From an uncultured Chloroflexia bacterium (GTDB lineage Bacteria; Chloroflexota; Limnocylindria; Limnocylindrales; CSP1-4): 64,000 nt of DNA. The notes under the pieces are model-generated. The model was not told the DNA's origin and did not search any database. It saw only the letters and a list, made by a program, of their open reading frames with translations. The stretch spans positions 736,001 through 800,000 of the forward strand of contig CAVYIM010000004.1 in assembly GCA_963768655.1 (NCBI GenBank), in the 5' to 3' direction. Position numbers and translations under genes: made by a program. Shown piece after piece: positions 37,606 to 46,099 of this stretch (positions are counted from its first letter, which is position 1; every line of letters starts with the position of its first letter).

Positions 37606-38592
37606 TCAGTACTCGTCCGGGACGAAGTGCTGGCTGAAGATCGGCGGGCGGATGTAGCCCTCCTCGGTCTGGCGGGGCGGCAGCTCGATCTTCGGCTCGA
37701 CGATGTCCTCGTACGGAATCATGCTCAGCAAGTGCCGGATCGTGTTCAGGCGGGCGCGCTTCTTGTCGTCGGCGGCGACGACCCACCAGGGGGCTTCGGG
37801 GATGTCGGTCGCGGAGAACATGGCGTCCTTGGCCCGCGAGTATTCGACCCACTTGGCGCGCGACATCACGTCCATCGGCGATAGCTTCCAGTGCTTGGTG
37901 GGATCGGCGAGGCGGTCCTGGAATCGCTTCTCCTGCTCCTCGTTGCCGACCGAGAACCAGTACTTGAGCAGGATGATTCCCGAGCGCAACAGCAGCCGCT
38001 CGAACTCGGGGCAGGAGCGCAGGAACTCCGCGTACTCCTCCTGCGTGCAGAAGCCCATCACGTGCTCGACGCCGGCGCGGTTGTACCAGCTGCGGTCGAA
38101 CAGCACCATCTCGCCGGCGGCGGGGAGCTGGGCCACGTAGCGCTGGAAATACCATTGCGTCTTCTCGCGGTCGGTCGGGGTGCCCAGGGCGACGACACGG
38201 CAGACGCGAGGGTTGAGCGGCGCCGAGATCGTCTTGATCGCGCCGCCCTTGCCGGCAGCGTCGCGGCCCTCGAACAGGACTACGACCTTGAGACCGCGGG
38301 ACTTGATCCACTCCTGGAGCTTGACCAGCTCGACGTTGAGGCGGGCCAGCTCCGTCAGGTAGAGCTTGAGCTCGAGCTTCTTGCGCGTCTCCTGGCGGTA
38401 GTCGCCTTCGGGGGTCAGCTCTGGGGCCGGGCGCGCGGCATGGGCCTTGGCGGCCGCTCGGGCGAGGGCGCGCTCCCGCGCCACGACAGAGGCCGCGGCG
38501 GACACGGCCGCCTTGTTGAAGTCGCCGGGATCGGGCGGGGCCGGTGTCGGACGGACGCTCGCCCGGTGTTGTTCGTGTTGACGCTTAGCCAT
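37606..38592 (-). CDS. ppk2: polyphosphate kinase 2 (single domain)
   Basis: FEGRDAAGKGG, QWYFQRY, FDRSWYNRAGVE, WKLSPMD, DKKRARLN. Confidence 0.95.
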   Translation of the reverse strand: MAKRQHEQHRASVRPTPAPPDPGDFNKAAVSAAASVVARERALARAAAKAHAARPAPELTPEGDYRQETRKKLELKLYLTELARLNVELVKLQEWIKSRGLKVVVLFEGRDAAGKGGAIKTISAPLNPRVCRVVALGTPTDREKTQWYFQRYVAQLPAAGEMVLFDRSWYNRAGVEHVMGFCTQEEYAEFLRSCPEFERLLLRSGIILLKYWFSVGNEEQEKRFQDRLADPTKHWKLSPMDVMSRAKWVEYSRAKDAMFSATDIPEAPWWVVAADDKKRARLNTIRHLLSMIPYEDIVEPKIELPPRQTEEGYIRPPIFSQHFVPDEY

Positions 38593-38725
38593 CGACAGCT
38601 CCCTGGTGGGCAAAGGAGACGTCGGCGACCGGTGCCGGCTTCCGTAGCGTAGCGCGACGCGGCGGCGATGCTCAAACGTCGTTCGCGTGAGTGAGCTGTG
38701 CGGGTGGCCGCTAACATCTCATCCA

Positions 38726-39973
38726 ATGCGCTGGCTGCGAGCACTGTATGTCTCCAACGGCCTGGCCATCGGCGCGCTGTACGGCTTCGTGCCCGTCCTG
38801 CTGCAGTCGAGGGGCTTCGACCCGGCCCTGATCGGCCTGACGACGGGTCTCGGCTCGCTCGCGTACGCGATCGCCCTGCCGGCCTGGGGCCACATGGGCG
38901 ACATCGTCAGCGGCCCGCGCCGCACGCTGCAGCTGGCCTGCATTCCGGCGGCCATCTTCGCCATCGGCCTCAGCGCACCGATCCCGGCGATCGCCATCAT
39001 CTTCTGCCAGCTGGTGATCAGCGCCGGCGGGGGGCCGACCCTGGCCCTGACCGATGCCATGGCCGTGCCAACGCTGGCGAATGCCTCGCGCGAGTACTCG
39101 AGGCTCCGGCTTCTGACAAGCCTGGGCGCGGCCAGCGCAGCCGTCGGTTGCGGTTTCCTCTACGCGCAGACGGGCTACCTGGCCGCACCGTTCGTGTACT
39201 TCTTCACCATGGCGGCGACCGTGGTCTGCGTCATGTTCGTGCCGCTCGGCCGCGACAGCGAACGCCGCCGCATGGCCCGCAGGGCCGCCGAAGGGCGCGC
39301 CCAGGCTGCTCCGGTGCGCGGCCGGTTCGGTTCCGTCGGGGAGGCCTTCAAAGTCGAACCGCGGCTCGTCGGCGTCCTGGTCTCGGTCACGCTCGTCTTC
39401 CTTGGCTGCATGTCCGCGGCCACCTACATCACCATCAGGATCGCCGACCTCGGGGGCGGGCCGGTCGAGGTCGGCCTCTCGAATGGCCTCGGCTCGGTCG
39501 CGGAGGTCCCGGGCCTCATCCTGGCTGGCTGGCTCGCGAGCCGGATCGGGATTCGGATCGTCCTGGCGGTCTCGGCAATCGGATTCGCGGCCTGCATGAT
39601 GAGCTGGATCGTCCTCGTCGGAGCCGGCCCGATCCTGGCCACTCGCTTCGTGTCGGGGATCTTCTTCGGGGGGATCTTCTTCTCGTTCGTGTTGACGATG
39701 GCGAGGATGCTGCCGGTGCGCCTTCAGGCCACGGGCCAGACGCTCTTCCAGGCGGCGTGCTTCGGTGTCGCGGCCATCGTCGCGAATCTCGGCGGCGGGG
39801 TCCTGTATACCCTGGCAGGTCCGCTCGGGGTCTTCGGCGTCGGCGGGGTCTGCGCGATCGCGGGCGGGCTGGTGGGCCTGGCCGTCCTGCCCGGGGCCTC
39901 CGCGGCGAGTGCCAACGCTGGGGCCAGCGCGGCTGCGGAGCCGGCTCTTCCGCCGTCCCCATCGACGACCTGA
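38726..39973 (+). CDS. MFS transporter
   Basis: About 12 TM helices; WG..GD..G.RR, Y.RLRL..SLG, AEVP, ATGQ. Confidence 0.85.
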   Translation: MRWLRALYVSNGLAIGALYGFVPVLLQSRGFDPALIGLTTGLGSLAYAIALPAWGHMGDIVSGPRRTLQLACIPAAIFAIGLSAPIPAIAIIFCQLVISAGGGPTLALTDAMAVPTLANASREYSRLRLLTSLGAASAAVGCGFLYAQTGYLAAPFVYFFTMAATVVCVMFVPLGRDSERRRMARRAAEGRAQAAPVRGRFGSVGEAFKVEPRLVGVLVSVTLVFLGCMSAATYITIRIADLGGGPVEVGLSNGLGSVAEVPGLILAGWLASRIGIRIVLAVSAIGFAACMMSWIVLVGAGPILATRFVSGIFFGGIFFSFVLTMARMLPVRLQATGQTLFQAACFGVAAIVANLGGGVLYTLAGPLGVFGVGGVCAIAGGLVGLAVLPGASAASANAGASAAAEPALPPSPSTT

Positions 39974-40054
39974 CCCGCCCGCCCTGACGCCCGGTGCGCC
40001 TCCGTGCCTCAGGACCCGGTACCATGCCGTCAGCGGCGCGACGGAGGAGGATCC

Positions 40055-41470
40055 ATGCGGCTCTGGGGCGGTCGGTTCGAAGGCACGACGGACGAGCGGG
40101 TGGCCGACTTCACCCGTTCGATCGAGCTCGACCGCGCGCTGGCGATCGACGACATCGCCGGCTCGATCGCCCATGTTCACGGGCTGGGGCGGGCCGGGCT
40201 GCTCGCGGACGACGAAGTGGCCACGATCGTCGCCGGCCTCGAAGGCCTGCGCGGCGAGGTAGAGACCGGCACGCTGGTCTGGGACCCGGCGCTCGAGGAC
40301 GTGCACATGAACCTGGAGGCGGCGCTGCGGGACCGAATCGGGCCCATCGCCGGACGCCTCCATACCGGACGATCCCGAAACGACCAGGTCGCCACGGACC
40401 TGCGGCTCTGGCTGCGCCGCACGATCGATAACCTGGACGGGGCGATCCTGGACATGGAGCGGGCGCTCGTCGGCGTGGCGGTTCGTGACGGTGAGGCCGT
40501 CATGCCGGGCGCCACACACATCCAGCCGGCCCAGCCGGTGCTGCTGGCACATCACCTGCTGGCCTACGTCGAAATGCTCGAGCGCGACCGCGGTCGACTG
40601 GCGGACTGCCGGCGGCGGACCAACGTCTCGCCCCTGGGCTCGGGCGCTCTGGCGGGCGCGGGCTACCCGTTCGATCGCGAGACGACGGCGAAGGAGCTCG
40701 GGTTCGAAGGCGTGACGGCCAACTCGCTCGACGCCGTAAGCGACCGGGACTTCGTCGTGGAGGCACTGGCCGCCATGGCGCTGTGCATGGTTCACCTGTC
40801 GCGGCTGGCCGAGGAGATCACCTGGTGGTCGAACCCGCGCTTCGGCTTCATCCGGGCGGCCGATTCGTTCTCGACGGGCTCGTCGATGATGCCGAACAAG
40901 AAGAACCCCGACCCGGCCGAGCTGGTGCGGGGCCGGGCGGCGCGCGTGATCGGGTCACTGACGGGGATGCTGGCGCTGCTGAAGGGGCTGCCGCTCGCGT
41001 ATCAGCGCGATCTGCAGGAGGACAAGGCCCCGTTGTTCGAGTCGGCCGCGACGCTGGAGGCGTCGCTCGGCGTCATGGCCGGGATGATCTCGACTCTGAC
41101 CGTCGATCGCGAGCGGATGCGGGCCGCGGCCCAGGAGGGGTACGTCACTGCCACGGCCGTCGCCGACGCCCTCGTCCGGCGGGGAGTGGCTTTTCGGGCG
41201 GCCCACCATATCGTGGCCACGCTGGTCGCCGAAGCGGAGAGGGGCGGCGTCGGGCTCGAAGCGCTGGACGACGCCACGATCGCCGCGACGCTGGCCGCAT
41301 CCGACGACGGCATGGCGGTCGCGATCGTGGGAGATGCCGCGCTCCCCGGGGAGCTGCGCGACGCCGCGGGGCTCGATGGCGCGCTGGCCGGCTGCGACGT
41401 CGTCGGCGGCACAGCGCCTCGTCGTGTGGCCGCGGCCCTGACCGCGGCGAGGGCTCGCCTGGGCGTGTAG
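40055..41470 (+). CDS. argH: argininosuccinate lyase
   Basis: LWGGRF, EDVH, GRSRNDQVATD, GSSMMPNKKNPD, AYQRDLQEDK. Confidence 0.96.
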   Translation: MRLWGGRFEGTTDERVADFTRSIELDRALAIDDIAGSIAHVHGLGRAGLLADDEVATIVAGLEGLRGEVETGTLVWDPALEDVHMNLEAALRDRIGPIAGRLHTGRSRNDQVATDLRLWLRRTIDNLDGAILDMERALVGVAVRDGEAVMPGATHIQPAQPVLLAHHLLAYVEMLERDRGRLADCRRRTNVSPLGSGALAGAGYPFDRETTAKELGFEGVTANSLDAVSDRDFVVEALAAMALCMVHLSRLAEEITWWSNPRFGFIRAADSFSTGSSMMPNKKNPDPAELVRGRAARVIGSLTGMLALLKGLPLAYQRDLQEDKAPLFESAATLEASLGVMAGMISTLTVDRERMRAAAQEGYVTATAVADALVRRGVAFRAAHHIVATLVAEAERGGVGLEALDDATIAATLAASDDGMAVAIVGDAALPGELRDAAGLDGALAGCDVVGGTAPRRVAAALTAARARLGV

Positions 41471-41494
41471 CCACGGCTGCGCGGGCCCGCGGTG

Positions 41495-41580
41495 ACCGAT
41501 CGCCGGCCCGATCGCCGGCAGGCCGCCTGACCGCTCGCCGGCAGGCCGCCTGGCCGCTCGCCAACCAGCCGGGCCGCTCG
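41495..41580. repeat. short GC-rich direct repeats
   Basis: CCG(A/C)TCGCCGGC(AGGCCGCCTG) units repeated. Confidence 0.5.
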
Positions 41581-41720
41581 TTCGGCCGCCGGCGCCGCCA
41601 TCGTCCCGATTTGTCACCGAATCTGCGCCGCTTCGATCTCGCATTCGGTGGCCGCACCGGCGTAGTCTGATGTCGCGCGGCAGGTGGGCCGCGGGTGCGC
41701 CGCGCCAGTCAGGTGGACGG

Positions 41721-41984
41721 ATGAAGCTGCACGAGTACGAGCCGGTCGAGGGAGAGTCCAAACCCCGCGCCGTGCACCGCGAGGGATCGTCTGTGCTGAC
41801 CTGCGCCGCCTGCGGCTGCCGCCTCCTCGCCCGCGAATCTCTGCCGGACGGCGGCGGCTACGGCCCGGACGCGGCCTGGCGCCATTACCACGGCAACACC
41901 CAGGAGACGGACGCCCGGGGCTGCCGGGTCGTGTGCGTTGATCGCCCGCACCGCACGATCCCGGTGGAGCAGCTCGCCTCCTAG
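41721..41984 (+). CDS. small Cys/His-rich putative metal-binding protein (87 aa)
   Basis: CAACGCRL...W.H...DARGC...C...H; GGTGG RBS; TAGTCT -10-like site at 41663. Confidence 0.65.
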   Translation: MKLHEYEPVEGESKPRAVHREGSSVLTCAACGCRLLARESLPDGGGYGPDAAWRHYHGNTQETDARGCRVVCVDRPHRTIPVEQLAS

Positions 41985-42094
41985 CGCCACGCGCCGCGCC
42001 GCCACACGCCGCCACGCACCGGGCCGCCACGCCGGCACGCGCCCGGCCGCCACGCGCGCGCCGCGCCACACTGCCGGTCCCGCCACCCGAGCCC

Positions 42095-42184
42095 CGTCCT
42101 GAACGGCAACCGTCGCGCCACCGCAGCGCCACCGCCGGGTCACTCGACCGGTACTGATTCGGGCGAGCTCGCTACGTACGCTTC
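42095..42184 (+). promoter_or_regulatory. conserved nitrogen-regulon promoter cassette, copy 1 (amt1)
   Basis: CGTCCTGAACG, then GCAAC/GCCAC/GCCAC/GTCAC at 42106, 42117, 42128, 42139; CTGATT(42154)-N17-TACGCT(42177). Confidence 0.85.
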
Positions 42185-42241
42185 GGCCGGCCGCATCGAC
42201 ACGGGTCGTTTGCTGCGGCGTGGAGCGAAGGAGACAACAGC

Positions 42242-43483
42242 GTGAACCCCGCCTCGAGCGCCATCAACTCCGGCGACACCGCCTGGGTCCTGACCTCGGC
42301 CGCGCTCGTCATGCTCATGACGCCGGGCCTGGCTCTGTTCTATGGCGGCCTTGTCCGCCGCAAGAACGTGCTCAGCACGATCATGCACAGCATCTTCATC
42401 CTCGCCCTGGTCAGCGTGACATGGGTTCTGGTCGGCTTCACGCTGGCCTTCGGCAAAGACGTGAACGGCTGGGGAATAATCGGCGGCCTCGACTTCGTCG
42501 GCCTGCGGGGCGTCGGCAAGGATCCGCTCACGCAATACGCGCCTAGCATTCCCGGTTCCGCCTTCATGGCCTTCCAGATGATGTTCGCCGTGATCACGCC
42601 GGCCCTCATCACCGGTGCCTTCGCCGAGCGCAAGCGCTTCAAGGCTTTCGTGCTGTTCTCGCTGCTGTGGACGCTCATCGTCTATTCGCCGATCGCCCAC
42701 TGGGTCTGGGGCGAAGGCGGTTGGCTCCGCAACCTGGGCGTCCTCGACTTCGCCGGCGGCACAGTCGTCCACATCAGCTCGGGTGTCGCGGCCCTCGTCG
42801 CCGCGCTGGTCCTTGGACCGCGGGTCAAGCGCGAGTCGGACCGCTTCGAGCCGCACGACGTCCGCCTGACGGTCATCGGCGCGGGCCTGCTCTGGTTCGG
42901 CTGGTTCGGCTTCAACGGCGGCTCCGCCCTGGCGGCCAACGGCACTGCCGCCAACGCGTTCGTCGTTACGAACACGGCCGCCGGCATGGCGGCCCTCACC
43001 TGGGTCACGATGAGCTGGCTGCACAAGGGCACGCCGAGCGTCGTGGGCGCCGTCGCGGGCGGCGTCGCCGGTCTCGTGGCCATCACCCCCGCGTCGGGGT
43101 TTGTCGACGCGAGCGCCGCGATCATCATCGGCTTCGCGGCCGGTGCGGTCTGCTACAGCGCCATCCTGCTGCGCGAGCGGCTCAAGATCGACGACGCGCT
43201 CGATGTCTGGGCGGTCCACGGCGTCGGCGGCACGCTCGGCGCGATCCTGACGGGTGTATTCGCCGTGGCCGCGGTCGGCGGCGCGTCCGGCCTCGTCGAC
43301 GGCAATCCCGGCCAGGTCGGAACGCAGCTGGTGGCTGTGGCCGCGACCTGGATCTACAGCGGCATCGCCACCTTCATCATCCTCAAGGTAGTCGACTTCT
43401 TCGTCGGGCTTCGCGTCGACGAGGCCGAAGAGGAAGCGGGCCTGGACTCCTCGCAGCATGGCGAGGTGGCCTGGCAGCTCTAG
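42242..43483 (+). CDS. amt: ammonium transporter
   Basis: MTPGLALFYGG, FQMMFA, DFAGGTVVH, WFGWFGFNGGS, DDALDV..VHG, EEAGLD..QHGE. Confidence 0.96.
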   Translation: MNPASSAINSGDTAWVLTSAALVMLMTPGLALFYGGLVRRKNVLSTIMHSIFILALVSVTWVLVGFTLAFGKDVNGWGIIGGLDFVGLRGVGKDPLTQYAPSIPGSAFMAFQMMFAVITPALITGAFAERKRFKAFVLFSLLWTLIVYSPIAHWVWGEGGWLRNLGVLDFAGGTVVHISSGVAALVAALVLGPRVKRESDRFEPHDVRLTVIGAGLLWFGWFGFNGGSALAANGTAANAFVVTNTAAGMAALTWVTMSWLHKGTPSVVGAVAGGVAGLVAITPASGFVDASAAIIIGFAAGAVCYSAILLRERLKIDDALDVWAVHGVGGTLGAILTGVFAVAAVGGASGLVDGNPGQVGTQLVAVAATWIYSGIATFIILKVVDFFVGLRVDEAEEEAGLDSSQHGEVAWQL

Positions 43484-43620
43484 CGGGCGCACACGCCGGG
43501 GCAGCGGCGCGGCCGCGCCGCTCGAGCCGGCACCAATCGGCAACCTCGAACCTTTGAAGGGCCCGCCGAGAGGGCCCTCGAGAACCGCCAGCCGAGCCAG
43601 CGGGCCCGGTCGCCACAACG

Positions 43621-43710
43621 CGTCCCGAACGACAACCCTCGCGCCACCAGAGCGCCACCCGAGGGTCACTCGGTCGTAACTGATTCCCGACGCCTCGCTC
43701 CATACGCTTC
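43621..43710 (+). promoter_or_regulatory. conserved nitrogen-regulon promoter cassette, copy 2 (amt2)
   Basis: CGTCCCGAACG, then ACAAC/GCCAC/GCCAC/GTCAC at 43632, 43643, 43654, 43665; CTGATT(43680)-N17-TACGCT(43703). Confidence 0.85.
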
Positions 43711-43767
43711 CCCGGGCCGCTTTCGCGGCATTCGTCCGTTGCGATTGGGAAGCGAAGGAGTCTCGGC

Positions 43768-44994
43768 GTGATCAATGGTGGCGACACCGCCTGGGTATTG
43801 ACCGCCACGGCGCTGGTCATGTTGATGACGCCCGGTCTGGCCCTCTTCTACGGTGGCCTGGTCCGCCGCAAGAACGTCCTCAGCATCCTCATGCAGTGCA
43901 TGTTCATCCTCGGCCTGGTCAGCGTGACCTGGGTGCTGGTCGGCTACACCCTGGCCTTCGGGCCGGACGTCAACGGCTGGGGCATCATCGGCGGCCTGGA
44001 CAACATCGGCCTCAAGGGCGTCGGTATCGCTCCGGGCCCGTACGCGGCGACCATCCCGGCGACCGCGTTCGCGCTGTTCCAGATGATGTTCGCCATCATC
44101 ACCCCGGCCCTGATCATCGGCGCCTTCGCCGAGCGCAAGCGCTTCAAGGCCTTCGTCCTCTTCGCCTTGCTGTGGAGCCTGCTCGTCTACTCGCCGATCT
44201 GCCACTGGGTCTGGGGCGAGGGCGGCTGGCTGCGCAACATGGGCGTGCTCGACTACGCCGGCGGCACGGTCGTCCACATCAGCTCCGGCGTCGCGGCCCT
44301 GGTGGCGGCGCTCGTCCTGGGCCCGCGCGTCCGGCGCGAGTCCGAGCGCTTCGAGCCCCACGACGTCCGGCTGACGGTCATCGGCGCCGGCATCCTGTGG
44401 TTCGGCTGGTTCGGCTTCAACGGCGGCTCGGCGCTCGCCGCGAACGGCCTCGCCGTCAATGCGGTCCTGGTGACGAACACCGCCGCCGGAATGGGCGCGC
44501 TGACCTGGATGACGATGAGCTGGCTGCACAAGGGTTCGCCGAGCGTCATCGGCGCCGTGTCGGGCGCGATCGCCGGCGAGGTCGGCATCACGCCGGCCTC
44601 CGGCTTCGTCGACCCAAGCTCCGCAATCCTGATCGGCTTCATCGCCGGCGTCGTCTGCTACAGCGCGATCCTGCTGCGCGAGCGCATGAAGATCGACGAC
44701 GCCCTAGACGTCTGGGCTGTCCACGGTGTCGGGGGCACGCTGGGCGTCCTGCTCACCGGCGTCCTGGCGACGACCGCTGTGAATACCGTGGGCCGGGGCT
44801 GGATCGACGGCAACTTCGGCCAGATCGGCATCCAGCTCGTCGCCATCGTCGCCGTGTGGGTCTACAGCGCGGTGGCGACCTTCGTGATACTCAAGCTCGT
44901 GGACGTGGCCGTGGGGCTCCGAGTCGGCGAGGCCGAGGAGGAGGCCGGGCTGGATGCCAGCCAGCACGGCGAGACGGTCGCCTTCCAGAACTGA
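43768..44994 (+). CDS. amt: ammonium transporter paralog
   Basis: Same motifs as the upstream paralog, with DYAGG and GAIAGEV variants. Confidence 0.96.
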   Translation: MINGGDTAWVLTATALVMLMTPGLALFYGGLVRRKNVLSILMQCMFILGLVSVTWVLVGYTLAFGPDVNGWGIIGGLDNIGLKGVGIAPGPYAATIPATAFALFQMMFAIITPALIIGAFAERKRFKAFVLFALLWSLLVYSPICHWVWGEGGWLRNMGVLDYAGGTVVHISSGVAALVAALVLGPRVRRESERFEPHDVRLTVIGAGILWFGWFGFNGGSALAANGLAVNAVLVTNTAAGMGALTWMTMSWLHKGSPSVIGAVSGAIAGEVGITPASGFVDPSSAILIGFIAGVVCYSAILLRERMKIDDALDVWAVHGVGGTLGVLLTGVLATTAVNTVGRGWIDGNFGQIGIQLVAIVAVWVYSAVATFVILKLVDVAVGLRVGEAEEEAGLDASQHGETVAFQN

Positions 44995-45011
44995 GCCGTT
45001 CTGCCTTTCGC

Positions 45012-45059
45012 GAAGGACGGCGCCGCCTTCTCCCCCTCGGGCGGCGCCGTTCTCCTCTT
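45012..45059 (+). terminator. intrinsic terminator-like hairpin after amt2
   Basis: GACGGCGCCGCC...GGCGGCGCCGTT followed by CTCCTCTT. Confidence 0.65.
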
Positions 45060-45102
45060 GCGCGCCGCCCCGTTGCGCGTGAAGCCGATCTGCGAGCCGC
45101 TA

Positions 45103-45296
45103 TCTCGCCAGACTTGCCTGGAGTGGAAGTTGGGAGCGACAAGGGGCCGGCGTAAGGGGTGCGGGATCCGGTGCCGAGCAGGCGCCGTCTCGATTTCACG
45201 CTCGACGACCCCGACACCCGGACAGAGCCAGGGCTGACCCGGTCGAGTGAGGCCCGCAATCAGCGCCAACTTTCACCTGGGGCAAGTTTGGCCAGA
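45103..45296. mobile_element. MITE-like element with ~30-bp imperfect terminal inverted repeats, copy A
   Basis: Left TCTCGCCAGACTTGCCTGGAGTGGAAGTTGG; reverse complement of right end TCTGGCCAAACTTGCCCCAGGTGAAAGTTGG; related to 58509-58721. Confidence 0.55.
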
Positions 45297-45324
45297 AGTG
45301 GGCTCGCGAATGCGCCGTGCCGTG

Positions 45325-45393
45325 GTCGCGCCGCCGTCGCGCCCGGGTCGCGCCGCCGTCGCGCCCGGGTCGCGGGTCCGCGCCTGGGTCGCG
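45325..45393. repeat. tandem GTCGCGCC(CGG/GCC) repeats
   Basis: 11/22-bp units GTCGCGCCGCCGTCGCGCCCGG. Confidence 0.6.
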
Positions 45394-45404
45394 AACGGGC
45401 GAAA

Positions 45405-45494
45405 CGTCCCGAACGGCAACTGTCGTGTCACCGGAGCGTCACCGAAAGTCCACCCTCGCGCTACTGATTTGGGCCGACTCCTTCCATAGACTTC
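45405..45494 (+). promoter_or_regulatory. conserved nitrogen-regulon promoter cassette, copy 3 (small peptide gene)
   Basis: CGTCCCGAACG, then GCAAC/GTCAC/GTCAC/TCCAC at 45416, 45427, 45438, 45449; CTGATT(45464)-N17-TAGACT(45487). Confidence 0.85.
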
Positions 45495-45547
45495 CAGTCA
45501 ATGAAACGGGACCGAGGGTCCCAGAGCTCAGCCGAAGGAGCTAAGAA

Positions 45548-45631
45548 ATGATCGTCGCAGCCGCTTTCCTCAGTTTCGGTCTCCTGGTCGTGGCCTGGTT
45601 CGTCGCTCCGTCCCACGCGGCGGCCGAGTAG
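45548..45631 (+). CDS. 27-aa single-pass membrane peptide MIVAAAFLSFGLLVVAWFVAPSHAAAE
   Basis: GAAGGAG RBS 7 nt upstream; GC3-biased codons; own promoter cassette and terminator; below the ORF-track size cut-off. Confidence 0.75.
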   Translation: MIVAAAFLSFGLLVVAWFVAPSHAAAE

Positions 45632-45725
45632 CAGCGGTCGTTTCCGCGGCCTCGACCGGTAGCAGTGCCGGTCTCCCGGGCGCCTCGCCTCTGACGCGCC
45701 ACCCAACAGGCAAACCCACACGCCG

Positions 45726-45768
45726 GCCCGCGCACCTTTTCGGCAGGTTGCGCGGGCTTCGTGTTTGT
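45726..45768 (+). terminator. intrinsic terminator after the peptide gene
   Basis: GCCCGCGCACCT...AGGTTGCGCGGGC followed by TTCGTGTTTGT. Confidence 0.7.
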
Positions 45769-45951
45769 GGGCGGCGGGGGACCCCACGGAATCCGGAGGC
45801 GCGGCGCCAACCATCCCGTCATTTACCAACGGGGGCAGCACGAGAATGACTTCTCGGGCAAGATCGCGGACCCACCCAAATCCTGCGGCGACGTCAGGGC
45901 CTCCAGGTTCTGGGAGCCGCCGCTAGGTTCGCGGGCCGGCCGGGCCCCGCG

Positions 45952-46040
45952 CCGCCGCCCGATCGCGCCAGTGCCGCCGCCCCGGCGCCCGATCGCGCCA
46001 GTGCCGCCGCGCCGCGCCCGCGCCACGCGCCAGTGCCGCG
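45952..46040. repeat. direct repeats downstream of the response regulator
   Basis: CGCCCGATCGCGCCAGTGCCGCCGC twice plus a partial third copy. Confidence 0.6.
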
Positions 46041-46099
46041 CCCCACGCAACGCGCCGCCGCCCCGCCCCCCTGCCGCCCCCGCCGCTCGGCGCCGCGCG

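Noticed and set aside
38711-40795. Long antisense ORFs (e.g. 38711-40795, 42140-43669, 48238-49599, 3075-4472)
   Set aside because: Shadow frames of real high-GC genes; Arg/Gly/Pro-rich with no motifs
41985-42090. CRISPR array or coding repeat upstream of amt1
   Set aside because: Low-complexity CGCCAC/CGCCGC run without constant repeat-spacer structure
42183-42241. glnA (glutamine) riboswitch in the amt leaders
   Set aside because: Transcribed leaders of amt1 and amt2 share little beyond the RBS; conservation lies upstream of the -10 and fits a DNA site
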